From Candidatus Omnitrophota bacterium (lineage in GTDB: Bacteria > Omnitrophota > Gorgyraeia > Zapsychrales > JANLHA01), in contig JAKQKX010000102.1 in assembly GCA_029560465.1 (NCBI GenBank), forward strand, positions 68,601-132,600: a stretch of DNA of 64,000 nt, in the 5' to 3' direction. The position numbers and the translations under genes were made by a program. The notes under the pieces are model-generated. The model saw only the letters and a program-made list of their open reading frames with translations, did no database searches and was not told the origin of the DNA. Below are positions 11,327 to 21,615 of the stretch, piece by piece. Positions within the stretch are counted from its first letter, which is position 1; each line of letters opens with the position of its first letter.

Positions 11327-14300
11327 TTATTTTTTAGTACCCTTTGTCTCTTTGATATTAGGTTGGTCCTGACCTTCTTTTTCCAGTCGTATATCCAGGC
11401 ATAACCCCTGAAGTTCCTTAACGAGGACGTTGAAAGACTCGGGAGTGCCCGTTGACAGCTTCTGCTCCCCCTTCACGATCGCCTCATAAATACGGCTGCG
11501 CCCGGCCACGTCATCACTTTTAACCGTCAGCATTTCCTGAAGGGTGTACGCCGCGCCATAAGCTTCCAGGGCCCAGACTTCCATCTCCCCAAAACGCTGG
11601 CCACCGAAATGCGCTTTCCCGCCTAAAGGCTGCTGCGTGACAAGAGAATACGGCCCGATAGACCGGGCATGGATTTTCTCATCCACCAGATGATTCAGCT
11701 TCAGCATATAAATGTACCCGATAGTGACCTTTTGATCAAAACACTCACCGGTAAAGCCGTCGTAAACAATGGTTTTGCCGCCTTCCGGAAGACCGGCTTC
11801 CTTACTTAACTGGCGGATTTCCTCTTCCGTCGCCCCGTCAAAGACCGGAGTCTCCGCATAAAATCCTAACGCCTGGGCAACCCATCCCAAATGCGTTTCT
11901 AAAAGCTGCCCGACGTTCATCCGGGAAGGAACCCCCAATGGATTCAGGACAACATCCACCGGCCGGCCATCTGCTAGATACGGCATGTCTTCCTCCGGAA
12001 CAATCCGGGACACAATCCCCTTGTTCCCGTGCCGACCAGCCATTTTATCGCCTTCCTGCAATTTCCGTTTCGTCGCCACATACACAACAACTCTCTTCAG
12101 GACTCCAGCGGGAAGCTCATCTCCTCTTTTAACCCGTTCAGCTTCCTGCTGCTGTTCTTCCAGCAGCTCGTTAACCTTACTTTCAAAAAATTCAATAGCC
12201 TGCCGAACTTCGGAATCCTCATCATAATCATTAAGATTCATCGTGAGGAGTTTCTTAGGAGACACATCCAGCAACTGACAAAGCTTTTTTTCCCGCTCAG
12301 TTTCGATAATCCCGATTTCCTGAGCATAATATTCCTTAATCTTCTCGACGGCCTCCTGTTCCTTAGCCTTATCGGCCTTGGATTTCCGGCCCCGTTCGGT
12401 CCTCTGGAACACCTCCGTATTAACGATAACGCCTTCGATGCCGGGAGGAAGGGTCAAAGACGTATCCCGGATGTCCGCCGCCTTTTCACCGAAAATCGCC
12501 CGCAACAAACGTTCTTCCGGAGACAGCTCCTTCTCGCTTTTGGGCGTCACCTTGCCGACGAGGATATCGCCGGCTTTCACTTCCGCTCCGACCCGGACAA
12601 TCCCTTCCTCGGTTAAATCCTTCAAAGCTTCCTCCCCGACGTTCGGGATATCCCGGGTGATCTCTTCGTTCCCTAAACGCGTTTCCCTGGCCTCAACTTC
12701 AAATTTTTCAATATGGATAGATGTAAAATTATCTTCCCGGACCAGCCTCTGGTTAACAAGAATAGCATCTTCAAAATTATAGCCTCTCCACGGCATGAAC
12801 GCAGCGAGAACATTTTGGCCCAAGGCGATGCGTCCGTCCTTGGTGGCCATGCCGTCAGCGATCACCTCTCCTTTTTCAACCTGGTCACCCAGCTGAACAA
12901 GGGGTTTTTGCAAAATACAGGTGTTGGCGTTGGACCGCAAGAAATTTTTCAACGGGTAGGCCCTGTCACCGACAACGATTTCCCGGGCATCCACTTTAGT
13001 GACTTTTCCGGATTCTTTCGCGATAACCACAACACCGGAATCGCGGGCGACCTTGCCTTCCATCCCCGTCCCGACAAACGGAACCTGTGTTGTCATAATC
13101 GGGACCGCCTGCCGCTGCATGTTAGATCCCATCAAGGCCCGGTTGGCGTCATCGTGTTCCAAAAACGGAATCATCGACGTTGCCACGGAAACCAGCTGTT
13201 TCGTGGAAACATCCTTATAATCTATCTGCTCAGGCTTAACCTTCGGGAAATCCGTTTTATAACGGCAAATAATCTCTTTCTCGGTCAACGTCCCGTGATC
13301 GTCCGTAACAGCGTTCGCCTGGGCGATATATTTCATCTGATCGATATCTGCCGTCAAGAATTCCACCTTGTTGGTCACTTTACCGCTTTCCACTTTATAA
13401 TAGGGCGTTTCAATAAAACCCAAATCATTGACGCGGGCACAGGTGGTCAACGAAGAAATGAGCCCGATATTAGGCCCTTCCGGCGTCTCAATAGGGCACA
13501 CCCGTCCGTAATGGGTCGGGTGGACGTCCCGGACCTCAAACCCGGCTCGTTCCCTGGACAGCCCTCCAGGACCCAAGGCGCTTAAACGGCGCTTGTGGGT
13601 CATTTCTGCCAAAGGGTTCACCTGGTCCATAAATTGCGAAAGCTGGCTCCGGGCGAAGAAATCATGCATCTGATTAGAAAAGAGACGGGAATTGATAAGA
13701 TGATGGGCCGTGAGGTTTTCGAAAGAACTCATGACGACAAGACGCTCTTTAATGGAACGTTCGAGCCGGGCAAGACCGATACGGACCTGATTCTGCACCA
13801 ACTCTCCCACAGTTTTAATACGTCTGTTCCCCAAATGGTCAATATCATCGACCTCTCCGTGCCCCTCTCTCAAACCGAAAAGATATTGGATGACCGCCAC
13901 AACGGTATTAATGTCCAAAACCCGGTTATCTAAAGGCACGCTTGTTCCCAGTTTGCGGTTGATAATATGCCGGCCCACTTTGCTGAGGTCATAGCGTTTC
14001 GGGTCAAAAAACAAACGGTAAAACAAGGCTTCTGAAACTTCAATCGTTGCCGGCTCCGTGGGCCGCATCTTACGGTAAAAATCCAACAAAGCCTCTTCCT
14101 TATTCGTCGTATGATCCTTCTCCAGCGTGCTCTTCATCTTGGAAAAAGCATCGCCGAGCAACGCCTGCATATCCGCTTCGTTAGACAACCCCATAATCCG
14201 CAGGATCTGGGTCGCCGGGAAATGCCGGCGGCGGTCAATATAAGCCAGCAAGATATCATTCAAATCATATTTGATTTCAAACCAAGCACCCCGGGAAGGG

Positions 14301-14788
14301 ATAATCCGTCCGTGATAAATACTTTTTCCGGTGGGGTGAACCTCCTCTTCAAATGAAACCCCAGGCGGTCGCTGAATCTGTGAGACCACAACCCGTTCGT
14401 CCCCGTTAATAATAAATGTTCCCGTATCCGTCATCAGCGGAAAATCACCGAAATAAACTTCCTGTTCTTTAATATCAATCGGCGTGATCAGTCGCAGTTT
14501 CACTTTCAGAGGGGCGCAATACGTTAAACTCCGTCTTTGGCACTCCAGGCTGGAATATTTTTCTTTCCCGAAATAATAGCTGATATATTCAAGCTTGATC
14601 TGTCCGTCGTAACTTTCCAGGGGGAAAACTTCCCGGAAGACCTCCTCCAGCCCCTGATCTTTCCTTTTTTCTGGCAGGCAATCCCACTGCAAAAAATCCT
14701 CGTATGACTTGACCTGAATATCCAACAAGTTAGGCAGCTCAAAGACGTCCTTGATCTTACCGAAATTTCTGACTTTTAATTTTTTCAT
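11327..14788 (-). CDS. rpoB: DNA-directed RNA polymerase beta subunit
   Basis: [31 protein letters not shown] and [14 protein letters not shown]. Confidence 0.99.
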   Translation of the reverse strand: MKKLKVRNFGKIKDVFELPNLLDIQVKSYEDFLQWDCLPEKRKDQGLEEVFREVFPLESYDGQIKLEYISYYFGKEKYSSLECQRRSLTYCAPLKVKLRLITPIDIKEQEVYFGDFPLMTDTGTFIINGDERVVVSQIQRPPGVSFEEEVHPTGKSIYHGRIIPSRGAWFEIKYDLNDILLAYIDRRRHFPATQILRIMGLSNEADMQALLGDAFSKMKSTLEKDHTTNKEEALLDFYRKMRPTEPATIEVSEALFYRLFFDPKRYDLSKVGRHIINRKLGTSVPLDNRVLDINTVVAVIQYLFGLREGHGEVDDIDHLGNRRIKTVGELVQNQVRIGLARLERSIKERLVVMSSFENLTAHHLINSRLFSNQMHDFFARSQLSQFMDQVNPLAEMTHKRRLSALGPGGLSRERAGFEVRDVHPTHYGRVCPIETPEGPNIGLISSLTTCARVNDLGFIETPYYKVESGKVTNKVEFLTADIDQMKYIAQANAVTDDHGTLTEKEIICRYKTDFPKVKPEQIDYKDVSTKQLVSVATSMIPFLEHDDANRALMGSNMQRQAVPIMTTQVPFVGTGMEGKVARDSGVVVIAKESGKVTKVDAREIVVGDRAYPLKNFLRSNANTCILQKPLVQLGDQVEKGEVIADGMATKDGRIALGQNVLAAFMPWRGYNFEDAILVNQRLVREDNFTSIHIEKFEVEARETRLGNEEITRDIPNVGEEALKDLTEEGIVRVGAEVKAGDILVGKVTPKSEKELSPEERLLRAIFGEKAADIRDTSLTLPPGIEGVIVNTEVFQRTERGRKSKADKAKEQEAVEKIKEYYAQEIGIIETEREKKLCQLLDVSPKKLLTMNLNDYDEDSEVRQAIEFFESKVNELLEEQQQEAERVKRGDELPAGVLKRVVVYVATKRKLQEGDKMAGRHGNKGIVSRIVPEEDMPYLADGRPVDVVLNPLGVPSRMNVGQLLETHLGWVAQALGFYAETPVFDGATEEEIRQLSKEAGLPEGGKTIVYDGFTGECFDQKVTIGYIYMLKLNHLVDEKIHARSIGPYSLVTQQPLGGKAHFGGQRFGEMEVWALEAYGAAYTLQEMLTVKSDDVAGRSRIYEAIVKGEQKLSTGTPESFNVLVKELQGLCLDIRLEKEGQDQPNIKETKGTKK

Positions 14789-14940
14789 ATGGAATTAGGA
14801 TCACTATTGGTTATGGAACTGATTGAGGACGATCTCTTCCTAAAAAGAGTTCCCGCGATAAAAGACACCCGAAAAATCACAATCAAGCGAATCGGCACTT
14901 TGGCTTCCTATCCCTCTAAGAGCTAAAACGCCGAGAGCCA

Positions 14941-15387
14941 CTATTTTAATTCGACTTTAGCGCCTGCCGATTCAAGCTTTTTCTTCAACTCTTCCGCTTC
15001 TTCTTTAGAAACGTCTTCTTTAACAGGTTTCGGTGCCCCTTCGACCAAATCCTTAGCCTCTTTCAACCCTAAGTTGGTGATGGCCCGGACTTCCTTAATA
15101 ACCGAAATCTTATTGGCCCCGACTTCAGCCAATACCACCGTAAAAGACGTCTTTTCCTCTTGAACAGCCGCCGCGCCGCCAGCCGCCGGTCCCGCCATCA
15201 TCATGCCAGCCGGCATGGGGGCCGCCGCCTGAATACCGAACCGGTCTTCCAATCCCTTGACCAAGTCTGCCAATTCCAAAGCGGTTAACCCCTCAATCAA
15301 TTTGGCCACTTCTTCCAATTTCGGCGAAAGCGTCACGCCTGCCTTTTGTTCCTGTTTTTCCGCAACTGTATTACCATTCTCCGCCAT
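14941..15387 (-). CDS. rplL: 50S ribosomal protein L7/L12
   Basis: [19 protein letters not shown] and GAKVELK; ATG at 15387 preceded by GGAGG. Confidence 0.98.
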   Translation of the reverse strand: MAENGNTVAEKQEQKAGVTLSPKLEEVAKLIEGLTALELADLVKGLEDRFGIQAAAPMPAGMMMAGPAAGGAAAVQEEKTSFTVVLAEVGANKISVIKEVRAITNLGLKEAKDLVEGAPKPVKEDVSKEEAEELKKKLESAGAKVELK

Positions 15388-15388
15388 C

Positions 15389-15919
15389 TTAATTACCTCC
15401 CTTTTTTTCACTTAATTGTTTCAATATTGACAACAGTTCCCGAGTTTTGCCGTTCAAAACACTCGCTAACTGGCTTAAAGGCGACACGATAACCGATAAA
15501 AGCTGAGACAACAACACGTCCCGGGAAGGAAGGTCTGCCAACCGTTTCACATCGCTTTTATCCAGAACAGCCCCGCTCAGGACACCGCCCTGGACCGAGG
15601 CTGTTTCACATTTCTCCAAAAATTTCATTAACGTCTTTGACACCACGGCGCAATCCGCATTGCTCCAGACAAAAGCCGTCTGATTCTGGACTCTTCCGGC
15701 CAGGGTATCCTGCTGACATTCTTTCAACGCGATTTGAGCGATACGGTTCTTCGACACACACACAGCCGCGCCAATGCGCTTCAAGTCTTTTCTCAAATCA
15801 TTCATCTGAGAAGCCGACACCGCAGAATAAGAAAGCAAAAAAACATTGTCGTTTTTCTGCAACCCATCCTTGATTGATTCCACCAGCTTTTCTCTATATA
15901 TCCTTCCGACTTTACCCAT
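15389..15919 (-). CDS. rplJ: 50S ribosomal protein L10
   Basis: LRKDL...VSKNRIA and [11 protein letters not shown]; between rplA and rplL; start uncertain (15919 or 15928). Confidence 0.95.
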   Translation of the reverse strand: MGKVGRIYREKLVESIKDGLQKNDNVFLLSYSAVSASQMNDLRKDLKRIGAAVCVSKNRIAQIALKECQQDTLAGRVQNQTAFVWSNADCAVVSKTLMKFLEKCETASVQGGVLSGAVLDKSDVKRLADLPSRDVLLSQLLSVIVSPLSQLASVLNGKTRELLSILKQLSEKKGGN

Positions 15920-15955
15920 GGCTCGCACCTTTATAATTTTAAGGGATAGTTATTC

Positions 15956-16639
15956 TTAAACGTCTGATATCTTCAATCCGGAACCCATCGTTGTTGAGAG
16001 GGCTACCGTTTTAAAAAGATCGCCTTTCACAGCGGCCGGCTTTAAATTCTGTATCGCGTCAATCAGCGTCCGCGCGTTCTCAAATATTTTTTCTTTCGTA
16101 AAAGACCTTTTCCCGATACCAACATGTATCCCGGCTTGCTTATCGGTCTTAAATTCCACCCGGCCCGCTTTCACTTCCTTGATCGCCTTCTCCAGATCAT
16201 TCGTGACTGTTCCGGTTTTCGGGCTGGGCATCAAACCTCGCGGCCCCAAGACCTTGCCAAGTTTACTTAAATCCCGCATCATATCCGGCGTGGCAACAAC
16301 CGTGTCAAAGTCAAGAAATCCATTGGACACCTTATCAATAAGATCATTGGATCCGACGATATCCGCTCCGCAGGCCTCCGCCTTCTGCGCCATTTCCCCT
16401 TTGGCGAACACCGCAACCCGGATTTTCCGGCCGGTCCCGTGGGGCAGCATCACCGTGCCACGGATCAATTGGTCCGAGCTCTTGGGGTCGATGTTGAGGC
16501 AAAAATGCAACTCGACTGTTTCATCAAATTTCACCTTGGGAAACTTCTCGATATTATTCACCGCTTCTTCCAACGTAAAGGAAGCTTTTTCTTCAGCAAT
16601 CGCTTTTATTTCTTTTTTTCTTTTAGATAATTTAACCAT
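15956..16639 (-). CDS. rplA: 50S ribosomal protein L1
   Basis: KFDETVE, LPHGTG, LGPRGLMPSPKTGT and STTMG; start moved to ATG 16639, just after the rplK stop. Confidence 0.98.
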   Translation of the reverse strand: MVKLSKRKKEIKAIAEEKASFTLEEAVNNIEKFPKVKFDETVELHFCLNIDPKSSDQLIRGTVMLPHGTGRKIRVAVFAKGEMAQKAEACGADIVGSNDLIDKVSNGFLDFDTVVATPDMMRDLSKLGKVLGPRGLMPSPKTGTVTNDLEKAIKEVKAGRVEFKTDKQAGIHVGIGKRSFTKEKIFENARTLIDAIQNLKPAAVKGDLFKTVALSTTMGSGLKISDV

Positions 16640-16640
16640 A

Positions 16641-17066
16641 TTAATCAACCACCTCAATTCCCATGCTTCGAGCCGTTCCCTCAATAATTTTCATGGCCTG
16701 TTGAATATCCTGGGTATTTAAATCTTCCATTTTTACCTTAGCGATTTCGGTAATCTGGGCCCGGTTCAAAGTAGCTATTTTTTCTTTTCCTGCTTCTCCC
16801 GAAGCTTTCGCCAGATTAGCCGCCTTTTTAATCAAAACGGAACTCGGGGGAGTTTTAATAATAAAATCAAAAGATTTGTCTTTATAGACAGAGATTACCG
16901 CCGGGAGAATCAGGCCTTCCCGGCCTTTGGTTTTCTCGTTGAAAGACTTGCAAAACCCCATGATGTTTACACCATGCTGGCCTAATGCCGGCCCCACCGG
17001 AGGAGCGGGGTTCGCCTGCCCTGCGGGTACATACAATTTAATTTGTGCCACAACCTCTTTAGCCAT
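16641..17066 (-). CDS. rplK: 50S ribosomal protein L11
   Basis: [15 protein letters not shown] and GTARSMG. Confidence 0.99.
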   Translation of the reverse strand: MAKEVVAQIKLYVPAGQANPAPPVGPALGQHGVNIMGFCKSFNEKTKGREGLILPAVISVYKDKSFDFIIKTPPSSVLIKKAANLAKASGEAGKEKIATLNRAQITEIAKVKMEDLNTQDIQQAMKIIEGTARSMGIEVVD

Positions 17067-17067
17067 T

Positions 17068-17598
17068 TTAAATTTTCTCCACTTGCCAATATTCCATTTC
17101 CACCAGCGTCGAACGGCCGAAGATAGAAACGCTCACTTTTAATTTACCCCGGTCTGGATATACCTCTGTCACTGTCCCATTAAAATTAGCGAAGGGCCCT
17201 TCCGAGATCCGGATCGCCTCCCCGATCTCAAACACGACTTTCGGGCTGGGTTTAGTTTCCGTGTCTTCGGTGCGACGGACGATCGAATTAACTTCTTCTT
17301 CGGAAATAGGGGTCGGCCGGCGCCCCGGCCCGATAAACCCGGTAATCCCTGGGGTGCTCTTGACCAAATACCAGCTCTCTTTGCTCATTTCCATTTTGAC
17401 AAGAATATACCCGGGAAAAAATTTCCGGGCCGTGATGCGTTTCTTACCGCCGCGGATTTCAGAAACCTGTTCGGTCGGGACAATAATCTCTTCAATATAA
17501 TCTTTTAAATTCGTGGAATTCATCCGGCTTTCAAGCCCGGCTTTGGCTTTTTCCTCAGCTCCCGTTTGCGTATGTATAACGAACCATTTCATGGCCAT
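17068..17598 (-). CDS. nusG: Transcription termination/antitermination factor NusG
   Basis: FPGYILV, TPGITGF and KOW motif GPFANFNG...IFGR. Confidence 0.98.
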   Translation of the reverse strand: MAMKWFVIHTQTGAEEKAKAGLESRMNSTNLKDYIEEIIVPTEQVSEIRGGKKRITARKFFPGYILVKMEMSKESWYLVKSTPGITGFIGPGRRPTPISEEEVNSIVRRTEDTETKPSPKVVFEIGEAIRISEGPFANFNGTVTEVYPDRGKLKVSVSIFGRSTLVEMEYWQVEKI

Positions 17599-17605
17599 AA
17601 GACGA

Positions 17606-17791
17606 TCACTTAATTATAAAACTGATGAATTTTGAAAGGACGATATCGGTCACCCAAATAAACACAGCCAAAAAAGCAGAACTGATAAAAACAATCCAGG
17701 TCGAATCGATCAATTCCTGTTTCGTTGTCCAAGAAACTTTCTTGAGCTCAACGATCATTTCGGAAAAAAATTTGGATAATTTAGCTATCAT
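17606..17791 (-). CDS. secE: Preprotein translocase subunit SecE (single TM)
   Basis: ELKKVSW motif plus one hydrophobic helix, upstream of nusG. Confidence 0.96.
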   Translation of the reverse strand: MIAKLSKFFSEMIVELKKVSWTTKQELIDSTWIVFISSAFLAVFIWVTDIVLSKFISFIIK

Positions 17792-17803
17792 ATTTTTTAA
17801 TAA

Positions 17804-17877
17804 CAGGCCTGGTAGGATTCGAACCTACAACACACGGTTTTGGAGACCGTTGCTCTGCCAGTTGGAGCTACAGGCCT
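17804..17877 (-). tRNA. tRNA-Trp (CCA anticodon); 3' CCA not encoded
   Basis: Cloverleaf: acceptor AGGCCTG/CAGGCCT, anticodon arm ACGGT-CTCCAAA-ACCGT, T arm GTAGG-TTCGAAT-CCTAC. Confidence 0.97.
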
Positions 17878-17932
17878 ATTTTACACCGTGTCTGCAATAA
17901 ACTCAGGTTACACCGCCTGATGTAAAATAAAA

Positions 17933-18085
17933 CTATTTTTTAGTTTCCCGATGCAACGTATGCTTGCGACAAAACCGACAGTATTTCTTCAATTCAATCC
18001 TATCCGGCGTCTTCTTTTTGTCCTTCATGCTTTGATAATTGATTCTCTGGCATTCCGTACATTGGAACTGTATGTTCTCTCGCAT
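17933..18085 (-). CDS. rpmG: 50S ribosomal protein L33, zinc-binding C+ form (missed by ORF track)
   Basis: Manual translation [50 protein letters not shown]. Confidence 0.97.
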   Translation of the reverse strand: MRENIQFQCTECQRINYQSMKDKKKTPDRIELKKYCRFCRKHTLHRETKK

Positions 18086-18106
18086 CGTTTTCTCTTTCTA
18101 TCGCAG

Positions 18107-18179
18107 AGCCCCCGACCGGACTTGAACCGGTGACCCCGTCCTTACCAAGGACGTGCTCTACCGGCTGAGCTACAGGGGC
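18107..18179 (-). tRNA. tRNA-Thr (GGT anticodon); 3' CCA not encoded
   Basis: Acceptor GCCCCTG/CGGGGGC, anticodon arm CGTCC-TTGGTAA-GGACG, T arm ACCGG-TTCAAGT-CCGGT. Confidence 0.97.
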
Positions 18180-18269
18180 GATCTAATGATCGCTGCAATG
18201 TCATTGGCTTAATCAATCAGTGGCCCGAAAATTTATGAATGGGCCTTAACACATCTTAAAGGGTTTCAC

Positions 18270-18312
18270 AAAAAATTCATTGCAGTAGAAAAAGTCCATA
18301 CTACAATGAATT
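18270..18312 (-). terminator. Attenuator-like 14-bp hairpin plus U-run in the leader of the tRNA-Thr superoperon
   Basis: AAUUCAUUGUAGUA / UACUGCAAUGAAUU with an 11-nt loop, running into a U tract. Confidence 0.5.
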
Positions 18313-18328
18313 CATAAAATGAAAGTAA

Positions 18329-18357
18329 AGTATATATGTCGTACTAAATTTTGTCAA
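18329..18357 (-). promoter_or_regulatory. Sigma70-type promoter of the tRNA-Thr...rpoBC...S10 cluster
   Basis: TTGACA-17 nt-TATACT with an AT-rich upstream element. Confidence 0.8.
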
Positions 18358-18418
18358 GTATTTTATTTTTCGGGCCGAAATATATCATCTTACCAACATT
18401 GTAGTTAGGATAGCCTCT

Positions 18419-19588
18419 TCAAGGCGCTATTCTAAGAAACCGTCTTTTCCCGACTTTGAGCACACCGGGTTGGGGCGCCCAATTTTCATCCTGGATCTTT
18501 TCGCCGTTCCAGGTGACGGCTCCCTGGGCCAGGAGACGCCGCACTTCTTTCTTGGAAGGTGCCAGGCCGGCCCCCAGCAGGATATCGGCAATGAGCTCGA
18601 CATTCCCCGACGACAGAACATATTCCGGCATGTCATCTGGCACTTGTTTCTGACCGAACACTTTTTGAAAACGCACGCCTGCCTCGCGGGCTTCCCGTTC
18701 GTCATAAAACATCCCCACAATGATTTCCCCCAGCTTCAGTTTAGCCTCCTTAGGATGCATCGCTCGAATAGCAACAAGGTCTTCCGTTGTCAAAATTTCG
18801 TAGTAACGCATCATCAAGTCGTCGCTGATCGACATGATCTTTCCCATAATCTCATCCGGCGGCTCATCAATACCAATATAATTATGCAACGACTTACTCA
18901 TCTTCTTCTCGCCATCTGTCCCCTCCAGGAGGGGGGTCATCAGCACGACTTGCGGTTCCTGCCCATAGGCCTCCTGCAACTGCCGTCCCATTAAAAGATT
19001 GAACGTCTGGTCCGACCCGCCGCATTCAATATCCGCTTTTAAAACGACGGAATCATATCCCTGCAAAAGCGGATAAAAAAGTTCCAGGATGCTGATCTCT
19101 TTCTGCTCTTCAAAACGTTTCTTAAAATCCGCCCGGGCGAGCATCTGGGCAACGGTCGAATGCGCGGACAGTTCCAACACTTGCTGCGCGGTTAACGTGG
19201 CCAGCCACGTGCTGTTAAAAACAACTTCCGTCTTTTGGGGGTCCAGGATCTTTAACACTTGCTGCTTGTATGTCTGGGCGTTCTTAGCCACTACCTCCGG
19301 CGACATCTTGGGCCTCAATTGATCCCGGCCGGACGGGTCTCCGATTTGCGCGGTGAAATCCCCGATGAGAAAACAGACCCGGTGCCCCAGATCCTGAAAC
19401 TGCCGCAGCTTCCTTAAAAGCACCACGTGCCCCAAATGGATGTCCGGCGCCGTGGGGTCAAATCCTGCTTTAACCGTAAGCGGCCGTCCTGTTTCCGCGG
19501 CCCGGCTCAATTTCGACTTTAATAAATCGAGATTTATAATCTCGGTCGTGCCCCGGGCAATGCCGGCTATCTGCTGATCCATATCCAT
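18419..19588 (-). CDS. tyrS: Tyrosine--tRNA ligase
   Basis: GFDPTAPDIHLGH, YPLLQGYD, GGSDQ, KMSKS and a C-terminal S4-like domain. Confidence 0.98.
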   Translation of the reverse strand: MDMDQQIAGIARGTTEIINLDLLKSKLSRAAETGRPLTVKAGFDPTAPDIHLGHVVLLRKLRQFQDLGHRVCFLIGDFTAQIGDPSGRDQLRPKMSPEVVAKNAQTYKQQVLKILDPQKTEVVFNSTWLATLTAQQVLELSAHSTVAQMLARADFKKRFEEQKEISILELFYPLLQGYDSVVLKADIECGGSDQTFNLLMGRQLQEAYGQEPQVVLMTPLLEGTDGEKKMSKSLHNYIGIDEPPDEIMGKIMSISDDLMMRYYEILTTEDLVAIRAMHPKEAKLKLGEIIVGMFYDEREAREAGVRFQKVFGQKQVPDDMPEYVLSSGNVELIADILLGAGLAPSKKEVRRLLAQGAVTWNGEKIQDENWAPQPGVLKVGKRRFLRIAP

Positions 19589-19611
19589 TATGCTTAAAAA
19601 ACTCCCGCTTC

Positions 19612-19662
19612 AAAAAGCAGAAAAACAAAGGCACACGCTCACGGCGTGTCACCCTGTTTTTC
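19612..19662 (-). terminator. Hairpin with U-rich tail in the rpsA-tyrS spacer (possible rpsA terminator)
   Basis: GAAAAACAGG..ACACGC-loop-GCGUGU..CCUUUGUUUUUC followed by UGCUUUUU. Confidence 0.4.
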
Positions 19663-19764
19663 GTTAAAACTAAAATATATCCCTGATGATTTAAAACGTG
19701 AGACGTGTCTCGACGAGGACAGCACTCTTCTCTTTAAAACACACAAAAGAGAAGCATTTCCAAC

Positions 19765-21315
19765 TCAGGACAAGCGTGTGCTGACACCAATTTTCATCTG
19801 GTCCACATCAACCTTAATAATCTTGACGCGCAACTTATCACCGGGTTTCAGGGCCGCGGCCTGTTCCTTGTCAATCTCCGAAGAATAAACCAGCGCCTCG
19901 ATTTCATCCTCCAGTTTCACAAAGACGCCAAAATTCGAATTCAGGACCACTTCCACTTCCACTTCATCCCCCACCTTGTATTTCTCCGCAATCATGGGCC
20001 AGGGGTTATCAGTCAACTGTTTTAAACCCAGTGTTATTTTTCGGTTGTTCGCGTCAATCCCCAGGACCATGACTTCGATCTCCTGCCCTTTCGAGAGGAT
20101 ATCTTGAGGATGGTTGACTTTCTTGGTCCAGGACATGTCAGAAACATGGATCATGCCTTCCAAGCCGGATTTCAATTCGACAAAAGTCCCGTAGTCTGTG
20201 AACCCCCGGACGACGCCCTTCACCCGCGTTCCGATGGGAAGGGTTTTCTCCGCTTCCAGCCAAGGGTTAGACTCGAGCGCTTTCATGCTGAGAGAGATTC
20301 TTTTGGAATCCTTATCGACGTTAATAATCTGGGCCTCGATCTCATCGCCAACGGAAAACATTTCCTGGGGGTTAACCAGTTTTTTCTGCCAGGTGATTTC
20401 CGATGAATGCAACAGGCCCTCGATGCCTTTTTCAATTTCCACAAAAACTCCGTACGGCATAATGTTGACAATCTTTCCCTTAATCTGGCTGCCGGCCGGA
20501 TATTTTCCATAAATATCATCCCACGGATTGGGTGTAATCTGCTTTAACCCCAAAGAAACCTTCGAGTTCTCCTGATCAAAATCAATGATCAAAACCTCGA
20601 CCTGATCCCCGATTGACACGATCTCGGAAGGGTGGTTGATGCGCGACCAGCTCATATCCGTAATATGCAGCAACCCGTCCACGCCTCCCAGGTCAATAAA
20701 GGCGCCGAAATCGGTAATCCCCTTAACGACACCTTTGCGTTTTTGTCCCTTCTCAAGTTCGCCCCACAGCTTTTCCCGGATCTGCTCACGCTCTTTCTGA
20801 TAAATATCCCGACGAGACAAGATCAGATTACGGCGCTGCTTATTAATCTTGGCGACCTGAAAATTAAACTTATTGGCCATAATGGTTTCCGGGGAATACC
20901 CCTTAAAGGCGGACAAAGACATCGGCAGGAATGCTTCCAGTCCTTCTATATCGACCATATATCCGCCCTTGACCACTTTAATCACGCGGCCGTCCACGAC
21001 GGCTCCTTCCTCGATGCCTCCCATGATCTTTTGCCAGCCTTTAACCTTCTCGGCCTTAATCTTAGACAACACGAGGCGGCCATCTTCATCTTCAATGGAT
21101 TCAACAAGGACGTCGATCTGGTTATCAATCTTAATATCCTCTTTATTCCGGAACTCATCCAGGGACACAAATCCCTCGGATTTAAACCCGATATCCACGA
21201 CCGCTTCAGTATCATTGAATGCGACGATCTGTCCCCTCACGATCTCCCCTTTTTTGATCATTTTGACAGACTTGTCATACAACTCAGACATAAGTGACTG
21301 ATGTTCTTTATCCAT
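19765..21315 (-). CDS. rpsA: 30S ribosomal protein S1
   Basis: Repeated S1 domains (DFGAFIDLGGVDGLLHITDMSW; YGVFVEIEKGIEGLLH; DYGTFVEL...EGMIHVSDMSW). Confidence 0.98.
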   Translation of the reverse strand: MDKEHQSLMSELYDKSVKMIKKGEIVRGQIVAFNDTEAVVDIGFKSEGFVSLDEFRNKEDIKIDNQIDVLVESIEDEDGRLVLSKIKAEKVKGWQKIMGGIEEGAVVDGRVIKVVKGGYMVDIEGLEAFLPMSLSAFKGYSPETIMANKFNFQVAKINKQRRNLILSRRDIYQKEREQIREKLWGELEKGQKRKGVVKGITDFGAFIDLGGVDGLLHITDMSWSRINHPSEIVSIGDQVEVLIIDFDQENSKVSLGLKQITPNPWDDIYGKYPAGSQIKGKIVNIMPYGVFVEIEKGIEGLLHSSEITWQKKLVNPQEMFSVGDEIEAQIINVDKDSKRISLSMKALESNPWLEAEKTLPIGTRVKGVVRGFTDYGTFVELKSGLEGMIHVSDMSWTKKVNHPQDILSKGQEIEVMVLGIDANNRKITLGLKQLTDNPWPMIAEKYKVGDEVEVEVVLNSNFGVFVKLEDEIEALVYSSEIDKEQAAALKPGDKLRVKIIKVDVDQMKIGVSTRLS

Positions 21316-21378
21316 ATAAAAAACCCTCTCTTTTATCTAATTCTCTGAAGAATCAATTCCAATCTTCAAAGTGGTCAT

Positions 21379-21406
21379 ATTATCTCAATTATTATAAATT
21401 TGTCAA
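21379..21406 (-). promoter_or_regulatory. Probable sigma70 promoter of rpsA
   Basis: TTGACA-16 nt-GATAAT in AT-rich context. Confidence 0.55.
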
Positions 21407-21615
21407 ATAAAATCTTCGTTCCAACGGCGTATTTTCTTCGTCGGGACTCAATATTCTTCCGACATTCCTTTTCCTCGATCTTACAAATGCCCCGGCCTTA
21501 AGAATAATACAACTCGAACAGTTTTCGGTGAAAAACTTAAGACCGGCAAAGGATATCCTTCCCTATAATACTTCTTTGGGCGACTGCCCCCGTTTAAAAA
21601 ATCCAGGCATATCTT

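Noticed and set aside
13560-13660. Rifampicin-resistance substitutions in RpoB cluster I
   Set aside because: Key residues equivalent to Q513, D516, H526 and S531 are retained; the other differences look like ordinary lineage variation
17804-17877. Alternative genetic code (UGA reassignment)
   Set aside because: TGA ends conserved genes at their expected positions (for example rplB), and the tRNA-Trp anticodon is the standard CCA
17877-17929. Inverted repeat TATTTTACA/TGTAAAATA between rpmG and tRNA-Trp as an attachment site or mobile-element end
   Set aside because: No integrase or duplicated tRNA 3' end; more simply an RNA hairpin for tRNA processing
19589-19764. T-box riboswitch upstream of tyrS (AACAGGGUGACAC resembles the T-box)
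   Set aside because: The bulge reads UGAC rather than the required UGGN, and no Stem I with a Tyr specifier is recognisable; better explained as terminator-like hairpins after rpsA
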